Source: Cenococcum geophilum
Taxonomy: Eukaryota
DNA length: 64,000 nt
NCBI GenBank assembly: GCA_050273025.1
Contig: CP158635.1
Span: 28,148,001 to 28,212,000 of the forward strand
Direction of reading: 5' to 3'
The translations under genes and the position numbers were made by a program. Positions within the stretch are counted from its first letter, which is position 1; every line of letters starts with the position of its first letter. Below, piece after piece: positions 61,310 to 64,000 of the stretch. The notes under the pieces are model-generated. The model had not been told where the DNA came from. It did no database searches and saw only the letters and a program-made list of their open reading frames with translations.

Positions 61310-62503
61310 AAGGACAATATTTTACTAACAATTCAATAATCAAATAGACGGCGACACAATATTAAAGCTTTTTAATTAACTATACCAAATATTATAGGCT
61401 TCCTGGCCACGTCGCTGCTGTTCACCGCAATATCTAAGCGTCAATAAGGCGCCAGCACCCTTGCTGCCGAGCAGCCGTACTGACTCGAGGCTCCAACACC
61501 AAGCTCTATACGGTATAGAGCCTCTAGATTGGCTTATGAGGCGTGCATATACGAAAAGTCCTTGAATTCTTGCCACACCAAGGGATAAGCGACTCATTAA
61601 TCAAGACGATATGCATAAAGGGGGTAGGGTAGGAAGCTTAAAGCACGATCGCGAACACGTTAAATTTAGAAGACGCGATAAGAGACTTTAATATTCGATG
61701 CATTAGGTATAGTAGGGAGGTAAGGGTCCCTTGTTCTTATCGAATGACGGCGTAGTAGACGGCGTCCTTACTAACCAGTTTACTAACCACCTACGGTAGG
61801 TGGTTCGAGGATCCTCATCTGCAGGTGTCCTGCCAGAAAAACCGGTCTAATACAAGTACACCACCTCGTCAATTCCGGTTGTTAGCGCCTTACCAGTGAC
61901 GCCTCTCGGGCGGAAATCCTCATATAGATTAGTATGAGTTTCCCCGTCTTGGCAGTGAGCTTCGAAAGACCTCAATATCAAAAATTTATGAAGCTTTTTA
62001 AAACTAATGATTGTATGGTAGATTGCCTATATACGAATATTTCTGAAGTCACCCAAATGAGTGTTAAAATCAACGCTTAGCAATCAAAGGAGTGTTTAAA
62101 TGTCCCCTCCAAGCTTTCTACTATCCTCTACCATTTGGTAAGTCCCCCTTCTGCTTCAATTACTGCCTGCAGGCGTGCAGGCCAATTGAAAGCGTAGTTT
62201 CTTCTTTCTTTCTTCTACGCTCATTGGCTTACAAGGGACATTTGTCAAGCATCGAGTCTTGCAACGGGAAGGTCCAGCCTAGTTGGCAAGGTCTCCAAGG
62301 AGGCTTGCAGCACGCCTGTGCAACTCAGCCGGCTGACACTCAGACTAACCGCCGCAAGACTGAGCGTTGCAGAACAATTATCCGCCCTCACCTCCCTACC
62401 TCACACCACTGATTTCTTTTCGCTGTTATTTCATTCCTCGGCTCAATACTACGCGAGCAGAATGGTCCATTTCGACTCTCACAATCAACGACAATGGTAC
62501 GAG

Positions 62504-63906
62504 ATGTCGTGGTCGTCGATGGTTTGGCTATCTGTTTTGCTTGCTCCGGTGGTGCTCGTTACCGGCCAGCAACAGTGCTATTTCGGACCTGGCGCGACGA
62601 ACCGTGGTCCTCCAAACCTGGTGCCGTGCAATGGTACTGGGGCATCTACGTGTTGTCTGCTTGGCGATACCTGCTTGTCAGGAAATGCCTGCTACAACTA
62701 TGCTACCGGCGACCTGTACCAGTATGGATGTACTGATATAACATATGAGGACGAGACATGTCCGTATAAATGCGGATGGAGCCCCAGTATACTGGTCCTG
62801 TTCCTTTGTCCTACTGTACCGTAGCTAAGTTGAGGCAGCCTTATCACCGTGGACGGCTCTGGAATACTGCCTCGACCTCCAGGACACTGCCAATACATGG
62901 GTCTGCCATGCGCCAGAAAGCTGCGGCTGCGAGTGGAACTCGACATATGACTTGCTGGTTCTTCAGCCGATTGGGTGTCAAGAGATGGGAAGCAATGCGA
63001 GAGTTGCTATATACGCTCCATCAACACTCGCACCCTATGTCTCGCTGCCGTCGACGATTGGTGGAAGCACTGGATACTACTCTACAACTATTATATCCGG
63101 AACTAGCACATGGGTGAGCACTGCGATTGCTGGATGTAAGGCTGAAATATACGAGACACGCAAGGCTCACGCTGACTTTGGATGCTTCCCTCCGTGTAGA
63201 CACTCCGTCATCATTCACTCAACTAACAACTTACCGCGCCGCGCCAACCTCTGCTGTACTGATTAACGAAGACCAAACTCCAGCGCCGTCAACTTACTCT
63301 CCGGCGAGGAGCTATACTCCTACGGCCACCGCGAGCGCCGCCGCATCGTCATATCCTTCCACGCCGAAGAACTATAGCCCGACGATGACATCTGGGACTA
63401 CGCCGACGCTCGCCACCTCAAATTCCACCACGCCATCTTCTGGCTTGTCAACTGGTGCCAAAGCCGGGATCGGCGTAGGTGTGGCCGCCGGCATATGTCT
63501 TTTCGCAGCATTAGGATGGATCATCTTCCTTATGGGAAAGCGTCACCGTGAACGCCGATTGCAGCAACCACAACCACAATATGGACAAGGACCGCAATAT
63601 CCACAAAGCCCACCTATGCCAACCGAAGGACTACAATATCCACAAGGGCCGCCAATGCAAGGTTCACACTGGACTCCGTATCTGGGGGGACCAACTCCAT
63701 ACCACGATGTTCCGGCGATGTACGTAGACGAGACGCGAGGAATGAAACCGCTATACTCTCCACCGGCCTCTCACCAGGCCTCACCGCCTGTAGAACTTTC
63801 TATAGATAATGAACGAAATATGCATGAGATGGGCTCAGATGTTTCTGCTGTCTCGCCGCCTACGCCTACTCCTGCATATGCGTATACCGAGAGACCACAG
63901 ATGTAG
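62504..63906 (+). CDS. Single-pass membrane/cell-surface protein (signal peptide, Cys-rich ectodomain, Ser/Thr stalk, TM helix, Pro/Gln/Tyr tail; Mid2/Wsc-like architecture)
   Basis: Exons 62504-62786, 62839-63135 and 63200-63906 join in frame across GT-AG introns. CC...D.CL.N..C and GCTD motifs, GLSTGAKAGIGVGVAAG TM signature, PPVELS tail motif. Confidence 0.88.
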
Positions 63907-64000
63907 TCAAAACGGGGGATGACAATTAATAGTGCTTACTCATGTTTGCAGTGTTCGCAGTGCGCTTCACACTCTGTCCTTAGTAATACCTTTGCAACCA

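Larger units (their letters stand above)
47290..61848. mobile_element. Large (14.6 kb) TIR DNA transposon with PIF/Harbinger transposase
   Basis: Perfect 26-bp TIR AGACCGGTTTTTCTGGCAGGACACCT (47290-47315 / 61823-61848). 3-bp TSD AAT (47287-47289 / 61849-61851). Further subterminal match AACCACCTACCGTAG at both ends. Confidence 0.88.
13200..61850. other. AT-rich RIP-mutated nested transposon island
   Basis: Abrupt loss of long ORFs, with CpA/TpG depleted and TpA enriched. Paired LTR copies differ almost only by C>T/G>A. TAA/TAG stops fall at former CAA/CAG/TGG codons. Confidence 0.95.

Noticed and set aside
57052..61700. Discrete piggyBac element boundaries
   Set aside because: Only one TTAA|CCTTT candidate. 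No matching inverted end found upstream of the ATG, so no element is called.
13268..61860. One giant Starship spanning the whole island with transposons as cargo
   Set aside because: No non-TE cargo genes and no recognisable right boundary near 61.9 kb. The large TIR element has its own TSD in less-RIPped flanking DNA.

Overview
Filamentous ascomycete genomic DNA (GT-AG introns, strong RIP). Bases 1 to ~12.5 kb are gene-dense: the 5' part of mitochondrial elongation factor G, two conserved hypothetical genes, a Harbinger-type MITE and a secreted class-3 lipase. A single-pass cell-surface protein gene closes the window at 62.5-63.9 kb. Between them (~13.2-61.85 kb) is a ~48 kb AT-rich, RIP-mutated transposon nest that can be largely unpeeled using target-site duplications. 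(i) A DUF3435 tyrosine-recombinase ('Starship captain') pseudogene lies in a candidate TTAC-bounded, cargo-less element of ~3.4 kb net size. It is split by a Ty3 chromovirus (itself carrying a Copia in one LTR and a non-autonomous mini-LTR element in the other), a GalEa-type Copia and a second chromovirus. (ii) A truncated MULE follows. (iii) A 14.6 kb TIR element carries a PIF/Harbinger transposase, a putative partner ORF and a piggyBac-like transposase, and has been invaded by an ORF1-only LINE and two CATCAG-ended, repeat-laden non-autonomous elements. The most unusual signal is a 27-bp palindrome between inward-facing CCAAT boxes, shared by the 3' UTRs of three unrelated LTR retrotransposons, with a compensatory double substitution. 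Protein motifs in the RIP zone were read by eye by reverting C>T/G>A changes, so pseudogene coordinates are approximate.
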